Below the pieces are notes generated by a model. That model was not told the DNA's origin, searched no databases, and was given only the letters and a program-made list of their open reading frames with translations. From the UHGV virus genome UHGV-0044850: a DNA stretch of 10,997 bases; one strand, given 5' to 3'. Source of the stretch: a virus. Positions 1 to 7,609 of this stretch are shown here, piece by piece (position 1 is the stretch's first letter; every line of letters begins with the position of its first letter). The translations under genes and the position numbers were made by a program.

Positions 1-178
1 TCCTCGTTATTGCCGGAATACCTAAGCCATTGTCTGAATGCAGCCATGCCACCGGATTCTCTTCCAGCGATGCCAGAGCAATTTCATAAGCCCGGCGCTC
101 AACATTGTCTCGCACATCCAAACTGCTGATACGCTCTTTGATTTCTTTAATCAGTTCTTTGTCGGTAAAAGTGCTCAT
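1..178 (-). CDS. hypothetical phage protein, N-terminal part only (C-terminus runs off the window start)
   Basis: ATG at 178-176 on the minus strand with GGAGA about 8 nt upstream; frame stays open to position 1 (reads MSTFTDKELIKEIKERISSLDVRDNVERRAYEIALASLEENPVAWLHSDNGLGIPAITR...). One nt separates it from the stop of the upstream Ea22-like gene. Absent from the ORF track because it is truncated. Confidence 0.45.
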   Translation of the reverse strand, partial: MSTFTDKELIKEIKERISSLDVRDNVERRAYEIALASLEENPVAWLHSDNGLGIPAITR

Positions 179-179
179 A

Positions 180-944
180 TCAATCTCCATTGGTATCAAT
201 GTTTACAGCCTGACAAGACTCTTTGAGCACCCAGTCAATAGCGTCTTTCCATGCCTCTGTTTCGACTGGTGGATTTTCACGCTTAACCTGTTCATAGAAG
301 CGCACTGCTTTAACCAGTCCTTCCGGTACTACTGGTGATGGCTGTTTAGCTTCTAAATCAGCAATTCTGTCAACCACGGCATCGACAGCATCTGAAAAGC
401 CGAACCAGTTGCTCCACTCCGGCTCATCCCCGGTTGCTGCAAAGTACATATCTGCTAAAGCAGATTCAGCATGGTCACGCTCGTTAATGAGTTGCTCTTC
501 GCTTTTCTCCAGTTCAGCAATACGCTTACCCCCATCCGAGATAACACCTTCGTAATACTCACGCTGCTCGTTGAGTTTTGATTTTGTCTCCTCAAGCTCA
601 ACTCTCAGCTTCCCAACAGTAAGAGCAATATCCTCGTTCTCCTGGTCGCGGCGTTTTATGTATTGCTGGTTTCTTTCCCGTTCATCCAGCAGTGCCAGCA
701 CAGTAGCCGGATTGGCTGCGGCGATGAATTCAGCATTGGCCTGCTGTTCCATTTGGAAATCTTCATCGAAACCGCTTTCTGGATGCGCTCCTTCAATTCT
801 GCAAATGGGAATATATCCAGCAACTTCACGATGAATTAGCGCATAATCACCATCAAATCGGCTCTCTCCATATTCGAGCGACCACTCACCACACGTTGCT
901 TTTTCTGCCGCTTCACGCAGTGCCTGATAGTTAATTTCGCTCAC
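180..944 (-). CDS. Ead/Ea22-like early protein
   Basis: 254-aa ORF. Start codon is GTG (944-942) with GAGAGG RBS about 6 nt upstream, and the GTG overlaps the TGA stop of the upstream zinc-finger gene (GTGA). Charged, coiled-coil-like middle (ELEETKSKLNEQREYYEG...ELEKSEEQLINERD). Family assignment from recollection of Ea22-like proteins and position in the operon; longer than lambda Ea22. Confidence 0.55.
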   Translation of the reverse strand: MSEINYQALREAAEKATCGEWSLEYGESRFDGDYALIHREVAGYIPICRIEGAHPESGFDEDFQMEQQANAEFIAAANPATVLALLDERERNQQYIKRRDQENEDIALTVGKLRVELEETKSKLNEQREYYEGVISDGGKRIAELEKSEEQLINERDHAESALADMYFAATGDEPEWSNWFGFSDAVDAVVDRIADLEAKQPSPVVPEGLVKAVRFYEQVKRENPPVETEAWKDAIDWVLKESCQAVNIDTNGD

Positions 945-1162
945 TTCGAACCTCTCTGTTTACTGATAAGCTCCAGATCCTCCTGGCAACTTGCACAAGT
1001 CCGACAACCCTGAACGACCAGGCGTCTTCGTTCATCTATGGGATCGCCACACTCACAACAATGAGTTGCGGATACAGTCTGGTAGTTCAGACGACGCATT
1101 TTTATTGCTGTATTGCGCTGTAATTCTTCAATTTCTGATGCTGAATCAATGATGTCCGCCAT
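941..1162 (-). CDS. TraR/DksA-family C4 zinc-finger protein (lambda Orf73-like)
   Basis: 73-aa ORF with ATG start. C-x2-C...C-x2-C motif (CCECGDPIDERRRLVVQGCRTCASC) typical of phage and conjugative-plasmid TraR/DksA-type zinc fingers. Confidence 0.7.
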   Translation of the reverse strand: MADIIDSASEIEELQRNTAIKMRRLNYQTVSATHCCECGDPIDERRRLVVQGCRTCASCQEDLELISKQRGSK

Positions 1163-1260
1163 CTTTCATTAATCCCTGAATTGTTGGTTAATACGCTTGA
1201 GGGTAAATGCGAATAATAAAAAAGGAGCCTGTAGCTCCCTGATGATTTTGCTTTTCATGT

Positions 1261-1542
1261 TCACCGTTCCTTAAAGACGCCGTTTAACATGCCGATCGCC
1301 AGGCTTAAATGAGTCGGTGTGAATCCCATCAGCGTTACCGTTTCGCGGTGCTTCTTTAGTACGCTACGGCAAATGTCATCGACGTTTTTATCCGGAAAAT
1401 GCTGTCTGGCTTTTTTGATTTCAGAATTAGCCTGACGGGCAATGCTGCGAAGGGCGTTTTCTTGCTGAGGTGTCATTGAACAAGCCCCATGTCGGCAAGC
1501 ATAAGCACACAGAATATGAAGCCCGCTGCCAGAAAAATGCAT
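1261..1542 (-). CDS. hypothetical small early protein with Cys/His-rich N-terminus (alternative start ATG at 1476 gives 71 aa)
   Basis: 93-aa ORF with ATG at 1542, directly preceded in frame by TGA. An internal ATG at 1476 has a GGGG stretch 9-12 nt upstream. No strong RBS for either start. N-terminal 22 residues carry C12, C16, H18, C21. Confidence 0.45.
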   Translation of the reverse strand: MHFSGSGLHILCAYACRHGACSMTPQQENALRSIARQANSEIKKARQHFPDKNVDDICRSVLKKHRETVTLMGFTPTHLSLAIGMLNGVFKER

Positions 1543-1552
1543 TCAGTGGTTG

Positions 1553-1744
1553 TCATACCTGGTCTCTCTCATCTGCTTCTGCTTTCGCCACCATCATTTC
1601 CAGCTTTTGTGAAAGGGATGTGGCTAACGTATGAAATTCTTCGTCTGTTTCTACTGGTATTGGCACAAACCTGACTCCAATTTGAGCAAGGCTATGTGCC
1701 ATCTCAATACTCGTTCTTAACTCAACAGGAGATGCTTTGTGCAT
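1553..1744 (-). CDS. small early protein, lambda orf63-like
   Basis: 63-aa ORF, ATG at 1744 with GGGAGG RBS. Length (192 nt) and the 28-nt overlap with the next gene match the lambda orf63/orf60a arrangement as I recall it. Confidence 0.6.
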   Translation of the reverse strand: MHKASPVELRTSIEMAHSLAQIGVRFVPIPVETDEEFHTLATSLSQKLEMMVAKAEADERDQV

Positions 1745-1899
1745 ACCGCCTCCCGTTTATTATTTATCTTCTCAGCCAGCCGCTGTGCTTTCAGTGGATT
1801 TCTGATAACAGAAAGGCCGGGAAATACCCAGCCTCGCTTTGTAACGGAGTAGACGAAAGTGATCGCGCCTACCCGGATATTATCGTGAGGATGCGTCAT
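1717..1899 (-). CDS. small early protein, lambda orf60a-like
   Basis: The track ORF begins at ATG 1905, but the second ATG at 1899 has GGGGAG about 8 nt upstream and gives 60 aa. This ATG overlaps the exo stop codon (ATGA). Confidence 0.6.
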   Translation of the reverse strand: MTHPHDNIRVGAITFVYSVTKRGWVFPGLSVIRNPLKAQRLAEKINNKREAVCTKHLLLS

Positions 1900-2576
1900 C
1901 GCCATTGCTCCCCAAATACAAAACTAATTTCAGCCAGTGCCTCGTCCATTTTTTCGATGAACTCCGGCACCATCTCGTCAAAACTCGCCATGTACTTTTC
2001 ATTCCGCTCAATCACGACATAATGCAGGCCTTCACGCTTCATGCGCGGGTCATAGTTGGCAAAGTACCAGGCATCTTTTCGCGTCACCCACATGCTGTAC
2101 TGCACCTGGGCCATGTAAGCCGATTTTATTGCCTCGAAACCACCGAGCCGGAATTTCATGAAATCCCGGGAGGTAAACGGGCATTTCAGTTCAAGGCCGT
2201 TGCCGTCACTGCATAAACCATCGGGAGAGCAGGCGGTGCGCATACTTTCGTCGCGATAGATGATCGGGGATTCAGTAATATTCACGCCGGAAGTGAATTC
2301 AAACAGGGTTCTGGCGTCGTTCTCGTACTGTTTTCCCCAGGCCAGCGCCTTAGCATTAACTTCCGGAGCCACACCGGTGCAAACCTCAGCCAGCAGGGTG
2401 TGGAAGTAGGACATTTTCATGTCAGGCCACTTCTTTCCTGAGCGGGGCTTTGCTATCACGTTGTGAACTTCTGAAGCGGTGATGACGCCGAGCCGTAATT
2501 TGTGCCATGCATCATCCCCCTGTTCGACAGCTCTCACGTCGATCCCGGTACGCTGCAGGATAATGTCCGGTATCAT
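1896..2576 (-). CDS. exo: lambda-type 5'-3' exonuclease (Red alpha, YqaJ-type)
   Basis: 226-aa ORF ([40 protein letters not shown]...FVFGEQWR), essentially lambda Exo from memory with a few substitutions. Its stop overlaps the bet start. Confidence 0.95.
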   Translation of the reverse strand: MIPDIILQRTGIDVRAVEQGDDAWHKLRLGVITASEVHNVIAKPRSGKKWPDMKMSYFHTLLAEVCTGVAPEVNAKALAWGKQYENDARTLFEFTSGVNITESPIIYRDESMRTACSPDGLCSDGNGLELKCPFTSRDFMKFRLGGFEAIKSAYMAQVQYSMWVTRKDAWYFANYDPRMKREGLHYVVIERNEKYMASFDEMVPEFIEKMDEALAEISFVFGEQWR

Positions 2577-3358
2577 GCTGCCACCTTCTGCTCAGTGGCT
2601 TTCTGTTTCAGGAATCCAAGAGCTTTCACTGCTTCGGCCTGTGTCAGTTCTGACGATGCGCGAATGTCGCGGCGAAATATCTGGGAACAGAGCGGCAATA
2701 AGTCGTCATCCCATGTTTTATCCAGGGCGATCAGCAGAGTGTTAATCTCCTGCATGGTTTCATCGTTAACCGGAGTGATGTCGCGTTCCGGCTGACGTTC
2801 TGCAGTGTATGCAGTATTTTCGACAATGCGCTCGGCTTCATCCTTGTCATAGATACCAGCAAATCCGAAGGCCAGACGGGCACACTGAATCATGGCTTTA
2901 TGCCGTAACATCCGTTTGGGATGCGACTGCCACGGCCCCGTGATTTCTCTGCCTTCGCGAGTTTTGAATGGTTCGCGGCGGCATTCATCCATCCATTCGG
3001 TAACGCAGATCGGATGATTGCGGTCTTTGCGGTAAATCCGGCATGTACATGATTCATTGTCCTGCTCAAAGTCCATACCATCAAACTGCTGGTTTTCATT
3101 GATGATGCGGGACCAGCCATCAACGCCCACCACCGGAACAATGCCGTTCTGCTTATCAGGGAAGGCGTAAATTTCTTTCGTCCACGGATTAAGGCCGTAC
3201 TGGTTGGCGACGATCAACAATGCGATGAACTGCGCATCGCTGGCATCACCTTTAAATGCCGTCTGGCGAAGAGTGGTGATCAGTTCCTGTGGGTCGACAG
3301 AATCCATGCCGACACGTTCAGCCAGCTTCCCTGCCAGCGTTGCGAGTGCTGTACTCAT
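2573..3358 (-). CDS. bet: single-strand annealing protein Bet (Red beta)
   Basis: 261-aa ORF ([72 protein letters not shown]...) matching lambda Bet. ATG start; 4-nt overlap with exo. Confidence 0.95.
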   Translation of the reverse strand: MSTALATLAGKLAERVGMDSVDPQELITTLRQTAFKGDASDAQFIALLIVANQYGLNPWTKEIYAFPDKQNGIVPVVGVDGWSRIINENQQFDGMDFEQDNESCTCRIYRKDRNHPICVTEWMDECRREPFKTREGREITGPWQSHPKRMLRHKAMIQCARLAFGFAGIYDKDEAERIVENTAYTAERQPERDITPVNDETMQEINTLLIALDKTWDDDLLPLCSQIFRRDIRASSELTQAEAVKALGFLKQKATEQKVAA

Positions 3359-3363
3359 CCGTT

Positions 3364-3660
3364 TTATACCTCTGAATCAATATCAGCCTGATGGTGAGCA
3401 ATGGTTTCAACTATGTACCGGATGTGTTCTGCCATGCGCTCCTGAAACTCAACATCGTCATCAAACGCACGGGTAATGGCTTTTTTGCTGGCCCCGTGGC
3501 GTTGCAAATGATCGATGCATAGCGATTCAAACAGGTGCTGGGGCAGGCCTTTTTCCATGTCGTCTGCCAGTTCTGCCTCTTTCTCTTCACGGGCGATCTG
3601 CTGGTAGTGACGCGCCCAGCTCTGAGCCTCAAGACGATCCTGAATGTAATAAGCGTTCAT
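3364..3660 (-). CDS. gam: Gam, short form (GamS), RecBCD inhibitor
   Basis: 98-aa ORF ([60 protein letters not shown]...IDSEV) matching lambda GamS. AGGAG RBS about 8 nt upstream of the ATG at 3660. The upstream ATG at 3781 that would give the long form is out of frame here (see findings). Confidence 0.9.
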   Translation of the reverse strand: MNAYYIQDRLEAQSWARHYQQIAREEKEAELADDMEKGLPQHLFESLCIDHLQRHGASKKAITRAFDDDVEFQERMAEHIRYIVETIAHHQADIDSEV

Positions 3661-3735
3661 GGCTGAACTCCTGAAAATGGCTGTGAAAATATCGCCCGCG
3701 AAATGCCAGGCTGATTAGGAAAACAGGAAAGGGGG

Positions 3736-3879
3736 TTAGTGAATGCTTTTGCTTGATCTCAGTTTCAGTATTAATATCCATTTTTTATAAGCGTCGACGG
3801 CCTCACGAAACATCTTTTCATCGCCAATAAAAGTGGCGATAGTGAATTTAGTCTGGATAGCCATAATTGTTTGATCCAT
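3736..3879 (-). CDS. kil: Kil (host cell-division inhibitor, FtsZ-targeting)
   Basis: 47-aa reading frame ([47 protein letters not shown]) inside the longer 3736..4005 track ORF. ATG at 3879 with AGGAG about 9 nt upstream. Overlaps the cIII 3' end by 32 nt as in lambda. Confidence 0.85.
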   Translation of the reverse strand: MDQTIMAIQTKFTIATFIGDEKMFREAVDAYKKWILILKLRSSKSIH

Positions 3880-4012
3880 TTTTTGGGACTCCTGGCTGAT
3901 TAAGTATGTCGATAAGGCGTTTCCATCCGTCACGTAATTTACGGGTGATTCGTTCAAGTAAAGATTCGGAAGGGCAGCCAGCAACAGGCCACCCTGCAAT
4001 GGCATATTGCAT
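3848..4012 (-). CDS. cIII: cIII (FtsH/HflB protease inhibitor, stabilises cII)
   Basis: Hand translation of the minus strand gives [54 protein letters not shown] (54 aa), matching lambda cIII. ATG at 4012 with GGAG about 8 nt upstream. Below the ORF-track size cutoff. Confidence 0.9.
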   Translation of the reverse strand: MQYAIAGWPVAGCPSESLLERITRKLRDGWKRLIDILNQPGVPKNGSNNYGYPD

Positions 4013-4084
4013 GGTGTGCTCCTTATTTATACATAACGAAAAACGCCTCGAGTGAAGCGTAATTGGTATGCGGTAACGCCGCGC

Positions 4085-4453
4085 TCAGGCGGCCTTGATA
4101 GTCATATCATCTGAATCAAATATTCCTGATGTATCGATATCGGTAATTCTTATTCCTTCACTACCATCCATTGGAGGCCATCCTTCCTGACCATTTCCAT
4201 CATTCCAGTCGAACTCACACACAACACCATATGCATTTAAGTCGCTTGAAATTGCTATAAGCAGAGCATGTTGCGCCAGCATGATTAATACAGCATTTAA
4301 TACAGAGCCGTGTTTATTGAGTCGGTATTCAGAGTCTGACCAGAAATTATTAATCTGGTGAAGTTTTTCCTCTGTCATTACGTCATGGTCAATTTCAATT
4401 TCTATTGATGCTTTCCAGTCGTAATCAATGATGTATTTTTTGATGTTTGACAT
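4085..4453 (-). CDS. ea10: Ea10-like early protein (function unknown)
   Basis: 122-aa ORF with ATG start. Same length as lambda ea10 and the same 72-nt spacing from cIII. I do not recall the lambda Ea10 sequence, so identity is by position and size only. Confidence 0.6.
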   Translation of the reverse strand: MSNIKKYIIDYDWKASIEIEIDHDVMTEEKLHQINNFWSDSEYRLNKHGSVLNAVLIMLAQHALLIAISSDLNAYGVVCEFDWNDGNGQEGWPPMDGSEGIRITDIDTSGIFDSDDMTIKAA

Positions 4454-4609
4454 CTATTCATATCCTCATAGATAAAAAATCGCCCTCACACTGGAGGGCA
4501 AAGAAGATTTCCAATAATCAGAACAAGTCGGCTCCTGTTTAGTTACGAGCGACATTGCTCCGTGTATTCACTCGTTGGAATGAATACACAGTGCAGTGTT
4601 TATTCTGTT

Positions 4610-5787
<1,178 letters not shown>

Positions 5788-5823
5788 TATGGCACCTGTG
5801 TTGTTCTGAGGTGAGCATATCAC

Positions 5824-5859
5824 CTCTGTTCAGGTGGCCAAATTCAGTAAACCACTTCA
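5824..5859. repeat. IS911 terminal inverted repeat (end proximal to orfA)
   Basis: Reverse complement begins TGAAGTGG and has the shared core TGGCCACC. IS3-family 5'-TG...CA-3' termini. Confidence 0.7.
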
Positions 5860-5888
5860 GTTATTTATGCCAAAAATAAAGGCCACTA

Positions 5889-6089
5889 TCAGGCAGCTTT
5901 GTTGTTCTGTTTACCAAGTTCTCTGGCAATCATTGCCGTCGTTCGTATTGCCCATTTATCGACATATTTCCCATCTTCCATTACAGGAAACATTTCTTCA
6001 GGCTTAACCATGCATTCCGATTGCAGCTTGCATCCATTGCATCGTTTGAATTGTCCACACCATTGATTTGTATCAATAGTCGTAGTCAT
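5889..6089 (-). CDS. ral: Ral (restriction alleviation, modulates type I restriction-modification)
   Basis: 66-aa ORF MTTTIDTNQWCGQFKRCNGCKLQSECMVKPEEMFPVMEDGKYVDKWAIRTTAMIARELGKQNNKAA, near-identical to lambda Ral from memory. Confidence 0.9.
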   Translation of the reverse strand: MTTTIDTNQWCGQFKRCNGCKLQSECMVKPEEMFPVMEDGKYVDKWAIRTTAMIARELGKQNNKAA

Positions 6090-6159
6090 ACGGATAGTCC
6101 TGGTATTGTTCCATCACATCTTGAGGATGCTCTTCGAACTCTTCAAATTCTTCTTCCAT
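6073..6159 (-). CDS. orf28-like acidic microprotein (28 aa)
   Basis: Hand translation MEEEFEEFEEHPQDVMEQYQDYPYDYDY. ATG at 6159 with AAGGTGA RBS. Overlaps the ral start by 17 nt, as lambda orf28 does. Below the ORF-track cutoff. Confidence 0.55.
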   Translation of the reverse strand: MEEEFEEFEEHPQDVMEQYQDYPYDYDY

Positions 6160-6302
6160 ATATCACCTTAAATAGTGGATTGCGGTAGTAAAGATTGTGC
6201 CTGTCTTTTAACCACATCAGGCTCGGTGGTTCTCGTGTACCCCTACAACGAGAAATCGGATAAACTCTATTCACCCCTACAGAGAGCAAAAGAGAAACGC
6301 CG

Positions 6303-6884
6303 ATGAACAACTCATGGTGGCAGGAACTAATGCATTTTTTCCTGCAAGGAATGACACTTAAACAGTTGATTCATATGCTAATCATCCTGATCATATTGAT
6401 TATTGTTATGCCGGTAAGCGTAAAAGAATGGATAAACCTGCATAGTCCAGAAATCCTTCCTCATTACTGGATGTATTACATCCTGTTGTTTTGCGTTAGC
6501 TATGTGCTTAACGGCGTTGTTAATTCCGCTTATCACGCTGTGACTGAAAGAATTGAGGTATTCGCTGCTCAGAAGCGCAAATCTAAAGAAGAAAAATATG
6601 TGCAAGATTTGTTTGATTCGTTAACTCTTGGAGAAAGAGCGTATTTGGCATTCGCTGTAGCCGCTAATAACCAGCTACAAACGGAAAAGGGCGCTCATGA
6701 ATCAATTTCATTGCTCAAAAAAGGACTCCTCGTTCGAAGGCCTCCTGCTGTTGGATATCCTGATACCGACCGTTTCGTTATCCCTGAAAGCTATAGACAT
6801 GAGTGCTACATTAGGTTTGCCGGGAAGGCAGACAGCCTTATGGATGAACTTATCGCTCAGGATAAGCATGGCAAAAACAAGTAA
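6303..6884 (+). CDS. sieB: SieB-like superinfection exclusion membrane protein
   Basis: 193-aa ORF on the opposite strand to the pL operon. Two strongly hydrophobic segments (LIHMLIILIILIIVMPV and YWMYYILLFCVSYVLNGVV). Position between ral/orf28 and N matches lambda sieB; sequence identity to lambda SieB is recalled only loosely. Confidence 0.65.
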   Translation: MNNSWWQELMHFFLQGMTLKQLIHMLIILIILIIVMPVSVKEWINLHSPEILPHYWMYYILLFCVSYVLNGVVNSAYHAVTERIEVFAAQKRKSKEEKYVQDLFDSLTLGERAYLAFAVAANNQLQTEKGAHESISLLKKGLLVRRPPAVGYPDTDRFVIPESYRHECYIRFAGKADSLMDELIAQDKHGKNK

Positions 6885-6900
6885 TTAGCAAATGAATTTA

Positions 6901-7173
6901 TCATCTCGCCGTCAGTTGTTTTGATTTCCGGTAGCCTGCCGCGTAAAGAGCTACGTTCGGAAGACAAGTTGAACCTTCATATTTTCTGGTCAACGTTGTC
7001 AGAGTTATCACTTCTGCTCTCATTGCTGGTTTGAGCTTGCATTGCAAGACCACTCGTGAAGGGGTTGGCCTGTGTAGCTTGTCGGAGCTGATCGCCTCCT
7101 GACTTTGCAGATTTGCGCGACGAGCTCTACGGCGAGAAGCTGCGGTGCCTTTAAATTCTGTTTTTCTGGACAT
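6901..7173 (-). CDS. N: N-like transcription antiterminator (non-lambda specificity)
   Basis: 90 aa from the ATG at 7173, which has GGGAGGAA RBS about 5 nt upstream; the track ORF begins at an upstream ATG (7245) with no RBS. Arginine-rich motif near the N-terminus (GTAASRRRARRANLQ). Sits immediately downstream of the nutL-like element. Sequence differs from lambda N. Confidence 0.7.
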   Translation of the reverse strand: MSRKTEFKGTAASRRRARRANLQSQEAISSDKLHRPTPSRVVLQCKLKPAMRAEVITLTTLTRKYEGSTCLPNVALYAAGYRKSKQLTAR

Positions 7174-7271
7174 GGATTCCTCCCGAATAAACTTTGGCGA
7201 TGCAATCTCGAAGCTCCTCCTGAGACGGTTGCTTCGGCATTGCATCCCACAGCTTATGTGGTTGGGTGATC

Positions 7272-7316
7272 TGGCTTTTCAGCCACGTAGTCGAGAGTCG
7301 ACGTTGTTTAAAGAGC
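7272..7316 (-). promoter_or_regulatory. nutL-like site: boxA, spacer hairpin, boxB
   Basis: Minus-strand RNA GCUCUUUAAACAACGUCGACUCUCGACUACGUGGCUGAAAAGCCA. The boxA-like GCUCUUUAAA is followed by hairpin GUCGA-CUC-UCGAC and then boxB-like UGGC-UGAAAA-GCCA. Closely parallels the element after cro (9952..9997). Confidence 0.55.
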
Positions 7317-7362
7317 CTGCCAGTCTGTTCCATTTGGCTTCCAGCGTCCTGCTGACGGTTAA

Positions 7363-7391
7363 ATAGTACGATATGTACTTTACAAGATCAA
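7363..7391 (-). promoter_or_regulatory. candidate pL promoter with overlapping operator (oL)
   Basis: Minus strand: -35 TTGATC (7391..7386), 17-nt spacer, -10 TACTAT (7368..7363). The spacer holds the 11-mer AAAGTACATAT also found in the pR spacer. 15-bp palindrome AGTACGATATGTACT at 7365..7379. Confidence 0.4.
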
Positions 7392-7578
7392 TACAATTTG
7401 TTGTAAGTTGGCGTGGTTTTTTATAACGCTTTGTATTTAATAGTGTTGTTTTTTAGCGTGGATGTATTGCCTCGGCGATGTAAGGAGAGATCAGAATTGC
7501 GTGGTTTAGTGGGTTGCATCTATTTATTTTTCAATAAATATAATTGGTTATGTGTTTTTAGGTGGGCGAACGTGAGGC

Positions 7579-7604
7579 AAAGAAAACCCGGCGCTGAGGC
7601 CGGG
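7579..7604 (-). terminator. intrinsic terminator after the two-gene cassette
   Basis: Minus strand CCCGGCCUCAGCGCCGGG (6-bp GC stem) followed by UUUUCUUU, starting 6 nt after the stop of the 250-aa gene. Confidence 0.55.
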
Positions 7605-7609
7605 TTGTA

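Noticed and set aside
38-338. Plus-strand ORFs 38..226 and 105..338
   Set aside because: They lie antisense to the minus-strand partial gene and the Ea22-like gene, have no RBS and low-complexity translations; most likely shadow ORFs.
571-834. Plus-strand ORF 571..834 (87 aa, Ser-rich)
   Set aside because: Antisense within the Ea22-like gene; serine-rich translation typical of a shadow frame.
1489-2216. Plus-strand ORFs 1489..1674, 1696..2022 and 1905..2216
   Set aside because: Antisense to the orf63/orf60a/exo genes, which have strong homology support on the minus strand.
2479-3476. ORFs 2479..2745 (+), 2502..2795 (+), 2890..3141 (-) and 3204..3476 (+)
   Set aside because: They overlap bet and exo in alternative or antisense frames; the bet and exo frames are fully explained by homology.
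3411-3632. Minus-strand ORF 3411..3632 (73 aa) inside gam
   Set aside because: Alternative frame within the well-supported gam reading frame.
3736-4005. The 89-aa track ORF 3736..4005 taken as a single gene
   Set aside because: Its N-terminal 42 codons are the cIII region read in the wrong frame. The real gene is the 47-aa kil starting at the internal ATG 3879, which has its own RBS.
6378-6888. ORFs 6378..6605 (-) and 6697..6888 (+)
   Set aside because: Antisense to, or in an alternative frame within, the sieB-like gene.
7020-7366. ORFs 7020..7250 (-), 7145..7366 (+) and 7151..7333 (-)
   Set aside because: They overlap the N leader and nut region, which is better explained as untranslated regulatory RNA.
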